A stretch of DNA of 20,000 nt from an uncultured virus (IMG/VR IMGVR_UViG_3300020043_002236) (IMGVR_UViG_3300020043_002236:44054-64053), one strand, 5' to 3'; shown: positions 7,982 through 17,347, counted from the first letter of the stretch. Made by a program: numbers and translations. Notes: a model not told the origin generated them from the sequence alone.

Positions 7982-10900
7982 ATGCCAGATAACAAAATAT
8001 TATCGCAACAAGACAGAGCTAAACTAGACGGTATAGTTCAAAAAATGATCAGCAATAAAGAATCAGAAAGTAACATTAAGTTTGTTGTCGAAGACTTTAA
8101 AGATAAATACGGTTCAAGTGGTGAAGTAAAAAAAAAAGAATCATCTCAACCTACTTCTCAAGAAGAAGTGTGGGGATCAAATTCACAGCCAAAGGATGCG
8201 TATACTTCGTTGGTTATAGATCAACAGATACCTCAACAGGAATCGGTTATTTCAAATGGAGAGCAACCTAAAATGCGCACACTTGGCGTAGATATTACTG
8301 CCGAGGAGGCGTTAAAACAGGCGCCAAAAAAACAGCCTATAATAAACAAAGAAATTCAAGCAAAAATAAAAAATGCTAAATTCAAACCTAAAGAGTATAG
8401 AAATATAGGATCTAAGCTAGTAGATAAAATAGCTACCGGATCTTCTCAACTAGGTGTTGACATAGCGTCTGTACCTGAATTAATTTATGAAGTAGCAGCT
8501 GCTCCTCAAAATGCTATTGCTAGCATATTTGACATACCTTCTTTAAAGGCCGACTCAGAGTCTTTTAAAAAAAATATGAATATTCATAACTCAGTTAAAG
8601 ACTATTATTCGTCTCAAGTTTCTGAATTAAGCGCTAAATCTAAAGAATTAGATCAACAATATTCTCAAGGAGTATACGATTCTTTTGTTAATGGAAATTA
8701 TGGAGCTGGATTTGATCAATTAACATCTAGTTTTGCAGAGTCATTACCCACTACAGCTGCTATAATGGTTGGTGGAGCTTACGCTAAAGCTCCTCAAATA
8801 CTTGCTACATCTACAATGATATTTGGAGCAAATAAAAATGAACAGTTAAAAAAAGATCATCCTGAGTTATCTACAAATGCTAGGGTAGCCAATTCATTAG
8901 CAACTGGTTTTGCACAGGCAGCGACTGAAACTTTAGGATCTGCAAGTATTGGTTCTGCAGCAAAAGCATTAGTTGCTAGAGAAGGAAAGCCTAAAGCTTT
9001 ATCAATACTAAAAGACGGGTTACAGAAATATTATAAATCTGCATTAGAAAAAAATCCGCTTACTGCATCTACATTAGGTGAGGGTATAGAAGAATGGAGT
9101 AGCCTTGTGGCTGAAAATTCAATTGATGTTGCTACTGGAGTAAAACCGATTGATTATAACGTGTTTGAAGGCGGATCTGACGCTTTTTTAGGAGGTACTT
9201 TTGGAGGTGCGGTTTTTGGAACTGGTTTGACAGGTATAAAAAATACTATAAACTATCAGGATCAAAAAAAAATAAAAGAAAATATAAAAAACATATTTGA
9301 CCTTCAATCACAGTTAGAAAATCAAAATATATCTCCAGAAATAAAACAAGAGATAAATTCTAAAATAGAGAAGTTAGTACTTGAAAATGAAAAGTACGTA
9401 CAGGAAGATATTTCTAAAATAGATTCTCTTAGCTCAGAGGTAAAAGATAAACTTATATCTGCTACCAATACTATAGACTCTTTAAAGTCTAAAGCTAAAG
9501 AAATAAATGAATCTGAAGATATAACTGATGAAACTAAGTCTATACTATTGTCTGATTTAAAAAATCAAGCTATAGAGAATGTTCAATTAAAAAACTCTAT
9601 ATTAGACGGAACTTATGTTGAAAATAGAGTCACTACAGAACAAAAGCAAAAAATAGAAGAAGTTACTCCTGTTGAAGCTACAGAGGTAGAAACTACTGTT
9701 GAAGAAACAGTATCGCCTACTACTGAAGTTACACCACAGGCGTACGTTGAAGAACTTACTAAAACAAAAGAGTCTGATCCTGAAGCATATTGGTCTGTAA
9801 GTGAGGTATCTCTTGAGGATGCTGCTAAAGGAACTATTATAGACACTGAAGATGGATCTGCACTGGTTAAACCTGATGGTGATATAGCTGGATTGTTTAA
9901 GAAATTAACGTCTAAAACTAAAGGAGTCGCTCAGGACTTACTAAGTAAAGCCGTGGATGCGGGTGGTATTAAGTTGGATAATTTTGACGGATACCTTACT
10001 AAACAATACGAGAAGGCCGGTTTTAAAATTGTTTCTAGGGTTCCTTTTAACGAGGAGTATGCTGGTGATTTACAGGGATGGAATAAAGAAAAACATGGGA
10101 CGCCTGATGTAGTTGCTATGGTTTACGATCCTAATAATGAGTTGGATATTGAAGAAAAAACATTTGATGATTATGACGAAGCTATGGCTTACAGAGATTC
10201 ATTTGTTGACCAGGCAAAACAAAACGTTAAAGACTCTGAAGATTTAACTAAATTTTTTGATGAGAGTGAAGATGTTGCTATATCAAAAGACATGCCTACA
10301 CTGGTTTCAAAAGCAAAAATAGCGTTATCTAAAATACTTCCTAAAGTAGACGTGGTACTTTATGACAACGAAGATTTATATGCCGAGTCTGTAGGTGAGA
10401 TTGATAACGAAGTTAAAAGTAACGGTGCGTTTATAGGGAATAAAATACATATAAACCCTAGTAAAGCTAACGGTAGAACCGTGGCTCATGAGGTGTTCCA
10501 TGCTATACTTTTAAACGCAGTAAAGACTGATATTAACGCCGCTAAGGTAACGTTAAATATGATCAACTCCGTAATGAAGTCTGTGTCTCCTGAATTAAAA
10601 GTTAAGTTACAGGAGTTTGTAGAGAATGGATATGACGACCAAAAAGAACTTTGGAATGAAGAAAAGTTAGCTGAACTTGTAGGATACTTAGCCGACAATT
10701 ACGAGTCGTTATCTAAACCAAACAAAAACTTGATTAAGCAGTGGTTAGATGAGATAGCTAAATTATTTGGACTAAAACAATTTACTGATAATGAAGTTGT
10801 TGATCTATTAAACGCAATTTCTGGTAAGGTTTCTACTGGGGAGGTTATTACTGAAACTGATGTGAAAGCTTTAAAATATGGCGCTTCTACTTATATATCA

Positions 10901-13900
10901 GAACCTACAGAAATTAGACAGTCTAAATCCGGATCTCCTGTAAAAGTAGGAGAACATAAGCTTTCATTTGTAAAACAATCTGATATCATAGACATAGATA
11001 AGTTAATAAATGAAATATCAGATAAAGGACAAAAAGTCTGGTTCTGGATGGCAGACCAACTTGGTAGAGGTAATTATTACGATGCTGTAATAGATGGAGA
11101 ACATTATTTAGATGCTGGACCTTCGTTTGCATTAGATCCTGCAAACAGAGATAATAATGCATTATGGGCTAGCGGTTTGTCGGAAAAAACACTTCAGTCT
11201 CAAATAAATAATTCTGACTACATATTTTTTATAAGCGGATCTCCGGAGAAAGCAAAGCTATTTAATAAAAGGGTTTTAGATTTAACTGCTTCTAGAATAA
11301 ATAGCACTTCTAGTTTTGATGAATTTAAAAAATCTATAAACAACTTTAGTAAAGAGACTAATGAATTAAAGGTAATAAAAGATGCGTTAAATAGCGTAAG
11401 TTCTTTTGACGAATTATCTAGTAGTTCTAAAAGAAAACCTTTTTTAATTGCTATAAATAAAGTCGGAAGCTCTAAGACAATGCCTAAAGGTTCTTTAAAA
11501 GAATTATTAAATTCATATAATGCTTTTGTGGATTACAATGAATTGAGAGATGGATTTTATAAAGATAATAATTTCTCTCAAAATGATATTATATTGGTTG
11601 GAAAGCCTACAGGACTAGGAGGTAAAGCTATTCACTCTACTTACGAAACCTCTATTTTAGGAGAAGTAATAGGGGTGCCTGATAAAAAAATAAATTCATG
11701 GGATATAATGCCTGATGAATTAAAAGCTAAATATAAAGACTTAGTAGAGGGTAGAGAAGATAAAACTAAATCTCAGCAAACAAAAATAATTGCAGCTGAA
11801 ACAGGTGTTATCAGAGAGATAGCAAAAAGAAAACAAACTCAATCTCCATTACTAAGCGCTATAAAAAAAGCTAAGGACGCTGGTAAAACTGATAAGGCTA
11901 TTTCAACTTACCTGCAATCTAAAGGGTTTACCGTAAAACAAATTACAGATGCGTTATTAAAATACAGTAAAGATAAGGCTGTTCAAGGTCAAAAGGCAGA
12001 AGGTGTTTTTACTAGAGAAGGCAGAAACAATGTTATTACATTTTTAGACTCAGTAAAAAGAAGGTTTACTTCGGCTAGAGCGTTCTTGCCTAAGTCTGTT
12101 TTTATAGCTAAAGAAGGAATTGAGTCTGGTATAAAAACTCAATCTAAACAAGCGGCTTACTTAGTAAAAGACTTTGACAATGCATTAAAGAATTATAAAG
12201 GAGATAAGGATAAATTAATCTCTGACTTCGATAAGTTTATCAGAGGAGAAGAAGTTGAATTGCCGGATGAGTTTATTTTTATAGGTTCTGACATGAGGAA
12301 CCATATTGATAACTTATCAGAAATGCTTATAAAGTCTGGAGCTGTTGATGAATATCAGGCTGATAACATAACAAAAAATATCGGATCGTATTTGACTCGT
12401 TCATACGAAGTATTCGATAAAAAGGATTGGGCTGAACAGGTAGACAAGGAAGTTATTCAAGCAGCAAGAAACTTCTTGAAAAAGCAGTTACTATCTGAAG
12501 CTATTAAGGAGGCTGATAAAAGTGGATTAGACGTTGATTCTGTCTTAGAGAATAAAGTAGATTTAGCTATAAACGACCTTATAGATAGAGAAGGTGCCGA
12601 GTCTTTTATTTCTGCTGGTAAGACTGGTTCTAAAGATGTGTCTATACTTAAACAAAAAACAGATATTCCGTTAGAAATTAGGGCGTTAATGGGGGAATAT
12701 ACAGATCCTGCTCAGAACTATTCAAGAACTATTTTTAAAATAGCTTCCTTAATAAGTAACGCTAAGTTTTTAAATACTGTCAAAGAAAACGGTACCGGAG
12801 TGTTTTTATTTGAAAAGTACGATATCAATAGACCTAAAGAATTTGACACTCAAATAGCTGCTGAGGGTAGTGAAACAATGAACCCATTAAATGGAATGTA
12901 CACCACTAAAGAAATAGCAGCTTCTTTAAAAGAGTCTGCCGGTCTGTTAAACAGTATAGACGTAGCACTTCCTTTTGAGATATCAAAACCCGTGAAGAAC
13001 GTTTATGAATACTACATGAAGGCCCTTGGATCTGTAAAATGGTTAAAGACTATAGCGTCTATAGGTACTCACTTTAAAAACTTAACAGGTAACATAACCT
13101 TTATGTTAGCTAACGGATATTTTAAACCAGATGAGTATAGAAAGTCTGCTAAGGTAATCTATAATGACTTTTTAAATAAGTCAGACAAAGAGCTTAGAGA
13201 AAAAATGAAGGAGTACACTGAGGCTGGAATAGTAGATCAGAGTGCTGTTCTTGGTGAGTTAAGGGATATGTTTAAGGATCCTGACTTTGACAAAACTTTT
13301 GATAGAAGGATGGTTGATAAAAACCTTAACAAAGGACAAAAGTTATTGAACACTATTAAGCGTTACGGTAAAAAAGGAATGTCGTTAGCTGAAAATGCTT
13401 ATCAAGCCGAGGATGATTACTTTAAAATCGTTGCATACGAAACAGAAAAAAATAGATACGCAAAGGCTATTTACAAGAAAGATTTTTCAGAGTTAGATGC
13501 TAACCAACAAAAAGAAATAGTTAACAAGGTTTCTGAGATAGTAAAGAATAACCTTCCAAATTACGGAAGGGTTCCTGGAGCCGTTAAGTTAATTAAAGCC
13601 TTCCCTGTTGTTGGCACGTTTGTTTCGTTTCAATCTGAGGCCTTAAGAACAGCGTACAACATTGTTAACCTAGCTAAAGACGAGATAAAGTCAAGTAATC
13701 CAGAAATAAGAAAGATTGGGGCTCAAAGACTAGCAGGTATAATAGCCTCTCAGGCTGTTAAGTACGGGGTAATGTACTTGATTGGCGGTGCTGTTGCTGG
13801 AGATGACGAGGATAAAGAAAAAGAGAACGCTAAGAGATATGTAGCCCCATGGTCTAAAAATTCTAACATAATAGTTAAAAATCAAGGTGATGGCAAGTTT

Positions 13901-14662
13901 AGCTATATAGATATCAGCGCATCTGATCCGTTTGGAGGGATTGTTAAACCCCTTAATGCTATGATGTCTGGAGATAATTTACTAGACGGATTTGTAGATG
14001 GGTTAAAGGAACTTATGGCTCCTTTTACTAACCCTGACATCCTTAAGTCTATGTTCACTGAAATATCTGAAAATAAGGATGCTTATGGAAATGAGCTGTA
14101 TAACGAGAATGATAGTTTTGAAAAGAAGTCGGAAGCTATTCTTTCTAGGGTTTATAAAACATTTGAACCAGGATCCGTAACGTCAGCTAGAAAAATTTCG
14201 GAATCGGACGACATGCTTAATGAGATGGCTGGACAGTTTACAGGTTATAAAGCTATAGATGTTGATCTTAAAAAACAGTTTTCATTTAAGATATACGACA
14301 TGAAGGAGAATGAACTTTCAGCTAGAAAAATTTACACTAAAGCTGCACGTCAATTTTCAGACAAAAAAATAACTAAAGAAGAATTGGATAAGGCTTATAG
14401 GCAATCTAATTCAGAAACATTGAAGTTATACCAAGATCTTAAAAAAGATTACGACGCCGCTACGTACTTTGGAACATTACCTAAGGATCTTAGATCAGAA
14501 ATGAGAAGATCTAAGGTAGGTAAAAATGTAATTCGAAATATAGCCACAGGTAATTTTAAGGATATAAAAATAAAACAAATTCCTTTAAGTGACGAAGAGC
14601 TTAAGATTAAAAATCCAGAGGCTTATAGAATGAGAATGAAATTAAGAAAAGCCTCTAATTAG
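7982..14662 (+). CDS. Giant polyvalent internal virion/DNA-ejection protein with GNAT-like, zincin-like (HExxH) and C-terminal LPD38-like regions
   Basis: 2226 aa. Gly/Ala-rich hydrophobic helices around aa 240-420; KGVAQDLL...YEKAGF from aa ~647; HEVFH at aa 836-840 with downstream EEKLAE at aa 893; C-terminal YQAEDDYFK...PNY...FVSF helical region. Confidence 0.7.
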   Translation: MPDNKILSQQDRAKLDGIVQKMISNKESESNIKFVVEDFKDKYGSSGEVKKKESSQPTSQEEVWGSNSQPKDAYTSLVIDQQIPQQESVISNGEQPKMRTLGVDITAEEALKQAPKKQPIINKEIQAKIKNAKFKPKEYRNIGSKLVDKIATGSSQLGVDIASVPELIYEVAAAPQNAIASIFDIPSLKADSESFKKNMNIHNSVKDYYSSQVSELSAKSKELDQQYSQGVYDSFVNGNYGAGFDQLTSSFAESLPTTAAIMVGGAYAKAPQILATSTMIFGANKNEQLKKDHPELSTNARVANSLATGFAQAATETLGSASIGSAAKALVAREGKPKALSILKDGLQKYYKSALEKNPLTASTLGEGIEEWSSLVAENSIDVATGVKPIDYNVFEGGSDAFLGGTFGGAVFGTGLTGIKNTINYQDQKKIKENIKNIFDLQSQLENQNISPEIKQEINSKIEKLVLENEKYVQEDISKIDSLSSEVKDKLISATNTIDSLKSKAKEINESEDITDETKSILLSDLKNQAIENVQLKNSILDGTYVENRVTTEQKQKIEEVTPVEATEVETTVEETVSPTTEVTPQAYVEELTKTKESDPEAYWSVSEVSLEDAAKGTIIDTEDGSALVKPDGDIAGLFKKLTSKTKGVAQDLLSKAVDAGGIKLDNFDGYLTKQYEKAGFKIVSRVPFNEEYAGDLQGWNKEKHGTPDVVAMVYDPNNELDIEEKTFDDYDEAMAYRDSFVDQAKQNVKDSEDLTKFFDESEDVAISKDMPTLVSKAKIALSKILPKVDVVLYDNEDLYAESVGEIDNEVKSNGAFIGNKIHINPSKANGRTVAHEVFHAILLNAVKTDINAAKVTLNMINSVMKSVSPELKVKLQEFVENGYDDQKELWNEEKLAELVGYLADNYESLSKPNKNLIKQWLDEIAKLFGLKQFTDNEVVDLLNAISGKVSTGEVITETDVKALKYGASTYISEPTEIRQSKSGSPVKVGEHKLSFVKQSDIIDIDKLINEISDKGQKVWFWMADQLGRGNYYDAVIDGEHYLDAGPSFALDPANRDNNALWASGLSEKTLQSQINNSDYIFFISGSPEKAKLFNKRVLDLTASRINSTSSFDEFKKSINNFSKETNELKVIKDALNSVSSFDELSSSSKRKPFLIAINKVGSSKTMPKGSLKELLNSYNAFVDYNELRDGFYKDNNFSQNDIILVGKPTGLGGKAIHSTYETSILGEVIGVPDKKINSWDIMPDELKAKYKDLVEGREDKTKSQQTKIIAAETGVIREIAKRKQTQSPLLSAIKKAKDAGKTDKAISTYLQSKGFTVKQITDALLKYSKDKAVQGQKAEGVFTREGRNNVITFLDSVKRRFTSARAFLPKSVFIAKEGIESGIKTQSKQAAYLVKDFDNALKNYKGDKDKLISDFDKFIRGEEVELPDEFIFIGSDMRNHIDNLSEMLIKSGAVDEYQADNITKNIGSYLTRSYEVFDKKDWAEQVDKEVIQAARNFLKKQLLSEAIKEADKSGLDVDSVLENKVDLAINDLIDREGAESFISAGKTGSKDVSILKQKTDIPLEIRALMGEYTDPAQNYSRTIFKIASLISNAKFLNTVKENGTGVFLFEKYDINRPKEFDTQIAAEGSETMNPLNGMYTTKEIAASLKESAGLLNSIDVALPFEISKPVKNVYEYYMKALGSVKWLKTIASIGTHFKNLTGNITFMLANGYFKPDEYRKSAKVIYNDFLNKSDKELREKMKEYTEAGIVDQSAVLGELRDMFKDPDFDKTFDRRMVDKNLNKGQKLLNTIKRYGKKGMSLAENAYQAEDDYFKIVAYETEKNRYAKAIYKKDFSELDANQQKEIVNKVSEIVKNNLPNYGRVPGAVKLIKAFPVVGTFVSFQSEALRTAYNIVNLAKDEIKSSNPEIRKIGAQRLAGIIASQAVKYGVMYLIGGAVAGDDEDKEKENAKRYVAPWSKNSNIIVKNQGDGKFSYIDISASDPFGGIVKPLNAMMSGDNLLDGFVDGLKELMAPFTNPDILKSMFTEISENKDAYGNELYNENDSFEKKSEAILSRVYKTFEPGSVTSARKISESDDMLNEMAGQFTGYKAIDVDLKKQFSFKIYDMKENELSARKIYTKAARQFSDKKITKEELDKAYRQSNSETLKLYQDLKKDYDAATYFGTLPKDLRSEMRRSKVGKNVIRNIATGNFKDIKIKQIPLSDEELKIKNPEAYRMRMKLRKASN

Positions 14663-14674
14663 AGGCTTTATCTT
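14644..14674. terminator. Putative bidirectional intrinsic terminator at the convergence of the two transcription arms
   Basis: Perfect palindrome AAAGCCTCTAATTAGAGGCTTT (14648-14669), extendable with AAGA/TCTT across a bulge; T-rich tails on both strands. Confidence 0.7.
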
Positions 14675-14972
14675 TTATGAACTGTCCTTCAATCATAACT
14701 CCTGATCGCTTACTAATTACATCATATGCAGATTGTAAGCACTCAAGCAAATCTAAATTTTGCATTTTTGCCTGAATGATGAGTGTGACTAGAATATCAC
14801 CTAGAGCATCTACTATCTCTGCTCTATCCTCTTTGTCTATAGCGTCTAGCAATTCGTTGGACTCTTCTATTGTCTTAAGTGCTTGAGCGGTTGGATTTCC
14901 TTTAGAGAATATTCCTTTTTCTTCGGCCCATTCTTCTACGTTTGTTTCTAGTAATCTATACATTTGTTTCAT
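14655..14972 (-). CDS. MazG-like nucleotide pyrophosphohydrolase
   Basis: KTIEESNEL...EIVDALGDILVTL (EExxE...DxxxD all-alpha NTP-PPase motif); WAEEKGI N-terminus and AYDVISKR typical of short phage MazG-like proteins. Confidence 0.85.
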   Translation of the reverse strand: MKQMYRLLETNVEEWAEEKGIFSKGNPTAQALKTIEESNELLDAIDKEDRAEIVDALGDILVTLIIQAKMQNLDLLECLQSAYDVISKRSGVMIEGQFIKDKASN

Positions 14973-15187
14973 GTTCTTTTTAAGTGACTGGCTGTCCAGT
15001 TCTTTTTTTTAATTATTTTTTTTAACGATTCCTTATCGTTAGTTGCTAGTATCATAAGATATAGCGCATCCCTTGTACTTGTGGCATAATGCACAGTAAA
15101 CGTGTTTAGATCTAGTAAGACTACCCTGTCATCAAAGTAGTCTACTAGAAATCTTTTTCTAAGCTTTTTATTTAACTTATGTTTCAT
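14969..15187 (-). CDS. Hypothetical protein
   Basis: 72 aa ORF coupled by ATGA overlaps to both neighbours. Confidence 0.65.
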   Translation of the reverse strand: MKHKLNKKLRKRFLVDYFDDRVVLLDLNTFTVHYATSTRDALYLMILATNDKESLKKIIKKKNWTASHLKRT

Positions 15188-15864
15188 TTTAAAAATATTT
15201 CTGGGTTCTTATAATACCATTTAAAGTTCTTGTATGTTTTTAATTTTCCTCTCATACAACTACTTACATTTCCTATGTTATATTTAAGTTCTCTCTTTAT
15301 ATCCATCAAACAATTCCATTCCTTTATCACGTTATCTTCCCTGTCGCACTGTAATACCTTGATACTTTTAGGATTATTTTCTGAGAAGAATCCTCTCCTA
15401 TTGCTAACCCTTCCTTTTCTTCCTCGGCTTTTATAAACTTCCTCGCTATATACCCTTCCTTTATTAGCTCTTGATATTTTATCTTTAGTCTCTTGAGTGT
15501 GGGTTTTTCCAAGCCAATGTTTATTTCCTTTAGCAGCTTCAGACATTTTTATCAATGTTTTCGCAGATACCTTACCACTTTTGTCGTTAGTTTTTGTTAA
15601 TCTACAATTCAATCCTTTATTTAAACATTGAAAAAACTCTTGATAATACCTTTCATAATTATTTAGTTCTGATTCTAAACATTCTTTTATTACTTCGAAT
15701 TTATGTTTGTCAACTCCGTACTTTATAAACGATCTATGAAGTTTTATTTGCCCTGTATTTTTTACATACATTCTCAAGTAACTATCGAATCTTTTTTCTA
15801 TATTAACACTCTGTCCGATATATACTTTATCGGACGGAGATGTTATTTTATATATACCTATCAT
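15184..15864 (-). CDS. Free-standing GIY-YIG homing endonuclease with NUMOD3 and NUMOD1-like DNA-binding motifs
   Basis: IGIYKIT...VYIGQS...KRF and conserved Glu (ERYYQE) and Asn (GLN); NUMOD3 LGKTHTQETKDKIS; C-terminal VLQCD...IKEW...NVSSCMRGK...YKNFKW. Confidence 0.9.
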   Translation of the reverse strand: MIGIYKITSPSDKVYIGQSVNIEKRFDSYLRMYVKNTGQIKLHRSFIKYGVDKHKFEVIKECLESELNNYERYYQEFFQCLNKGLNCRLTKTNDKSGKVSAKTLIKMSEAAKGNKHWLGKTHTQETKDKISRANKGRVYSEEVYKSRGRKGRVSNRRGFFSENNPKSIKVLQCDREDNVIKEWNCLMDIKRELKYNIGNVSSCMRGKLKTYKNFKWYYKNPEIFLK

Positions 15865-17090
15865 AAAAACAATCCAAGTATTAAAGCTATGTTAAATACG
15901 TGTACTATTCGTGCGATCTGCCCGTGAGTTTTAGAGTGTAAGAATCCTTCTATAGCCTTAGGGGCATGCTGGTAACCGTTACGAGAATGCCAACCATCTG
16001 CGCTACTTGGACTCCTCATACTCTCAACAGTTACTCCAATAAAGTCCTTAGACGTCTTATGATGCACGTGATGAGTATAAATGTATCTATGCTTAGTACT
16101 GCTCCATTCTGGACTTTCCTGAGCCATAAGTAGCGGTAAGTCTTGAGTCTTAGCTCCGTCACCATGACTTGTTCCAATTAAGTTGTCGTAGTACCTGAAG
16201 TACTTTCTATGCTTAATATCACAGTCGAACGTAATGTTTTTGCAGTCCTTGAAGTACGTCTCAATAACGTTAGCCAAAAAGAATCCGTGAGTAAAGTCGT
16301 GGTTAGAAGGATTGAAAACAAAGTGAACATCAGCTACTTGAATTAATCTAGTAAGAACATCTATGTATAGTTCCTTAGCGATTAAGAAGTTACTGTACCA
16401 CATTCCATCTGTGTCCTGAGGCGTTCCTGATGTTGTTGTTCTTTTTGGCGTATCAATGTGAAGTATGTCGTTACCTCCGATAAATAATACCTTATCGATA
16501 TTAAATCCTTTAGTCTTCTCTATAATTCCATCGACTCCCTCTTTAACTCTTCTAACCGCAATTTGATTATTATAATCCTCTCCAGTCTCAAAGCTCATGG
16601 ATAACTTACCAATATGGCAGTCAGCTGGATCAACAACTAATAAATAAGTTTCATTATCTACTGGACGCTGTCTTACTATAGTGGAAGGCTTGTTAGGAAG
16701 TTCCGATAGATCCTTAAGCAGATCATCGAAGAACTTATTGATGTCATCATTCTTTAGAATGTTACTAGCAATGTTATAGTAAGGCGTTCCCGTATGGGTA
16801 ACTAGCTTATACGTTCTAGCCTGCTCAAATGGTATACCATAGTACACGCAGTACTCCTCTATATTCATTATAGTTCCGTCAGACTTCATCGCTGATAGTT
16901 GTACTTCATTCTTGTACTGATTAGTATCGGACCTGTTTACCACGTCATGAAACGTACGTCTTACTCCGTCTGTAAACTCTATTCCGAATGATGCACATGC
17001 CCTCTTTACTGCTTTAGTAACTGATAGTCCTCCGGTAACTAGATCGTTAACCATAACTATCATTTCATTAGGATACTTGTTCTTTGCCAT
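15861..17090 (-). CDS. Calcineurin-like metallophosphoesterase (possible nuclease) with N-terminal extension
   Basis: Ordered metal-binding motifs ADCHIG, GGNDILH, SNHD, SHGD and HHVHH. Confidence 0.85.
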   Translation of the reverse strand: MAKNKYPNEMIVMVNDLVTGGLSVTKAVKRACASFGIEFTDGVRRTFHDVVNRSDTNQYKNEVQLSAMKSDGTIMNIEEYCVYYGIPFEQARTYKLVTHTGTPYYNIASNILKNDDINKFFDDLLKDLSELPNKPSTIVRQRPVDNETYLLVVDPADCHIGKLSMSFETGEDYNNQIAVRRVKEGVDGIIEKTKGFNIDKVLFIGGNDILHIDTPKRTTTSGTPQDTDGMWYSNFLIAKELYIDVLTRLIQVADVHFVFNPSNHDFTHGFFLANVIETYFKDCKNITFDCDIKHRKYFRYYDNLIGTSHGDGAKTQDLPLLMAQESPEWSSTKHRYIYTHHVHHKTSKDFIGVTVESMRSPSSADGWHSRNGYQHAPKAIEGFLHSKTHGQIARIVHVFNIALILGLFL

Positions 17091-17131
17091 ATCTTTGTTT
17101 TAAAATGTTTTTATAAACTTTATTTACTCTC

Positions 17132-17347
17132 TCAGAGTTGTGGCCCATCTTGTAGTAATAGCTCATCACCCTGTATATTCTTTGTAGTGGACTTTGTTTC
17201 ATAGTAGTAATCACATGTTTTAGTTTTTTTATCGTAAGGCTCGTCAATAAAATATGACTGCATAATAGAGTGCGGTTCTGTTATATATCTATAACAATTA
17301 CTGTATAGATCACAGCATTTTGGTTTACACATAGTTATATCACTCAT
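17132..17347 (-). CDS. Small Cys-containing phage protein
   Basis: MSDITMC...C...CYRY...QSYF...C pattern seen in small phage proteins; ATGA overlap with thyX. Confidence 0.7.
   Translation of the reverse strand: MSDITMCKPKCCDLYSNCYRYITEPHSIMQSYFIDEPYDKKTKTCDYYYETKSTTKNIQGDELLLQDGPQL

Noticed and set aside
314..10698. Short antisense ORFs (314-595, 4839-5078, 7505-7690, 9613-9846, 10486-10698)
   Set aside because: All are fully nested opposite long, credible genes and have no recognisable motifs; treated as shadow ORFs.
7982..14662. Virion RNA polymerase as in crAss-like or N4-like phages
   Set aside because: No DxDxD-type catalytic motif (e.g. DFDID/DFDGD) or T7-like polymerase motifs were seen; DFDK and DFDN occur only in helical contexts.
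14969..15900. Group I intron surrounding the GIY-YIG gene
   Set aside because: The flanks are directly overlapping ORFs with no non-coding space for a ribozyme core, and no interrupted host gene is evident.
15230..15927. Nested ORFs 15230-15436(+), 15327-15512(-) and 15703-15927(+)
   Set aside because: They overlap the GIY-YIG gene in other frames and have no motif support.
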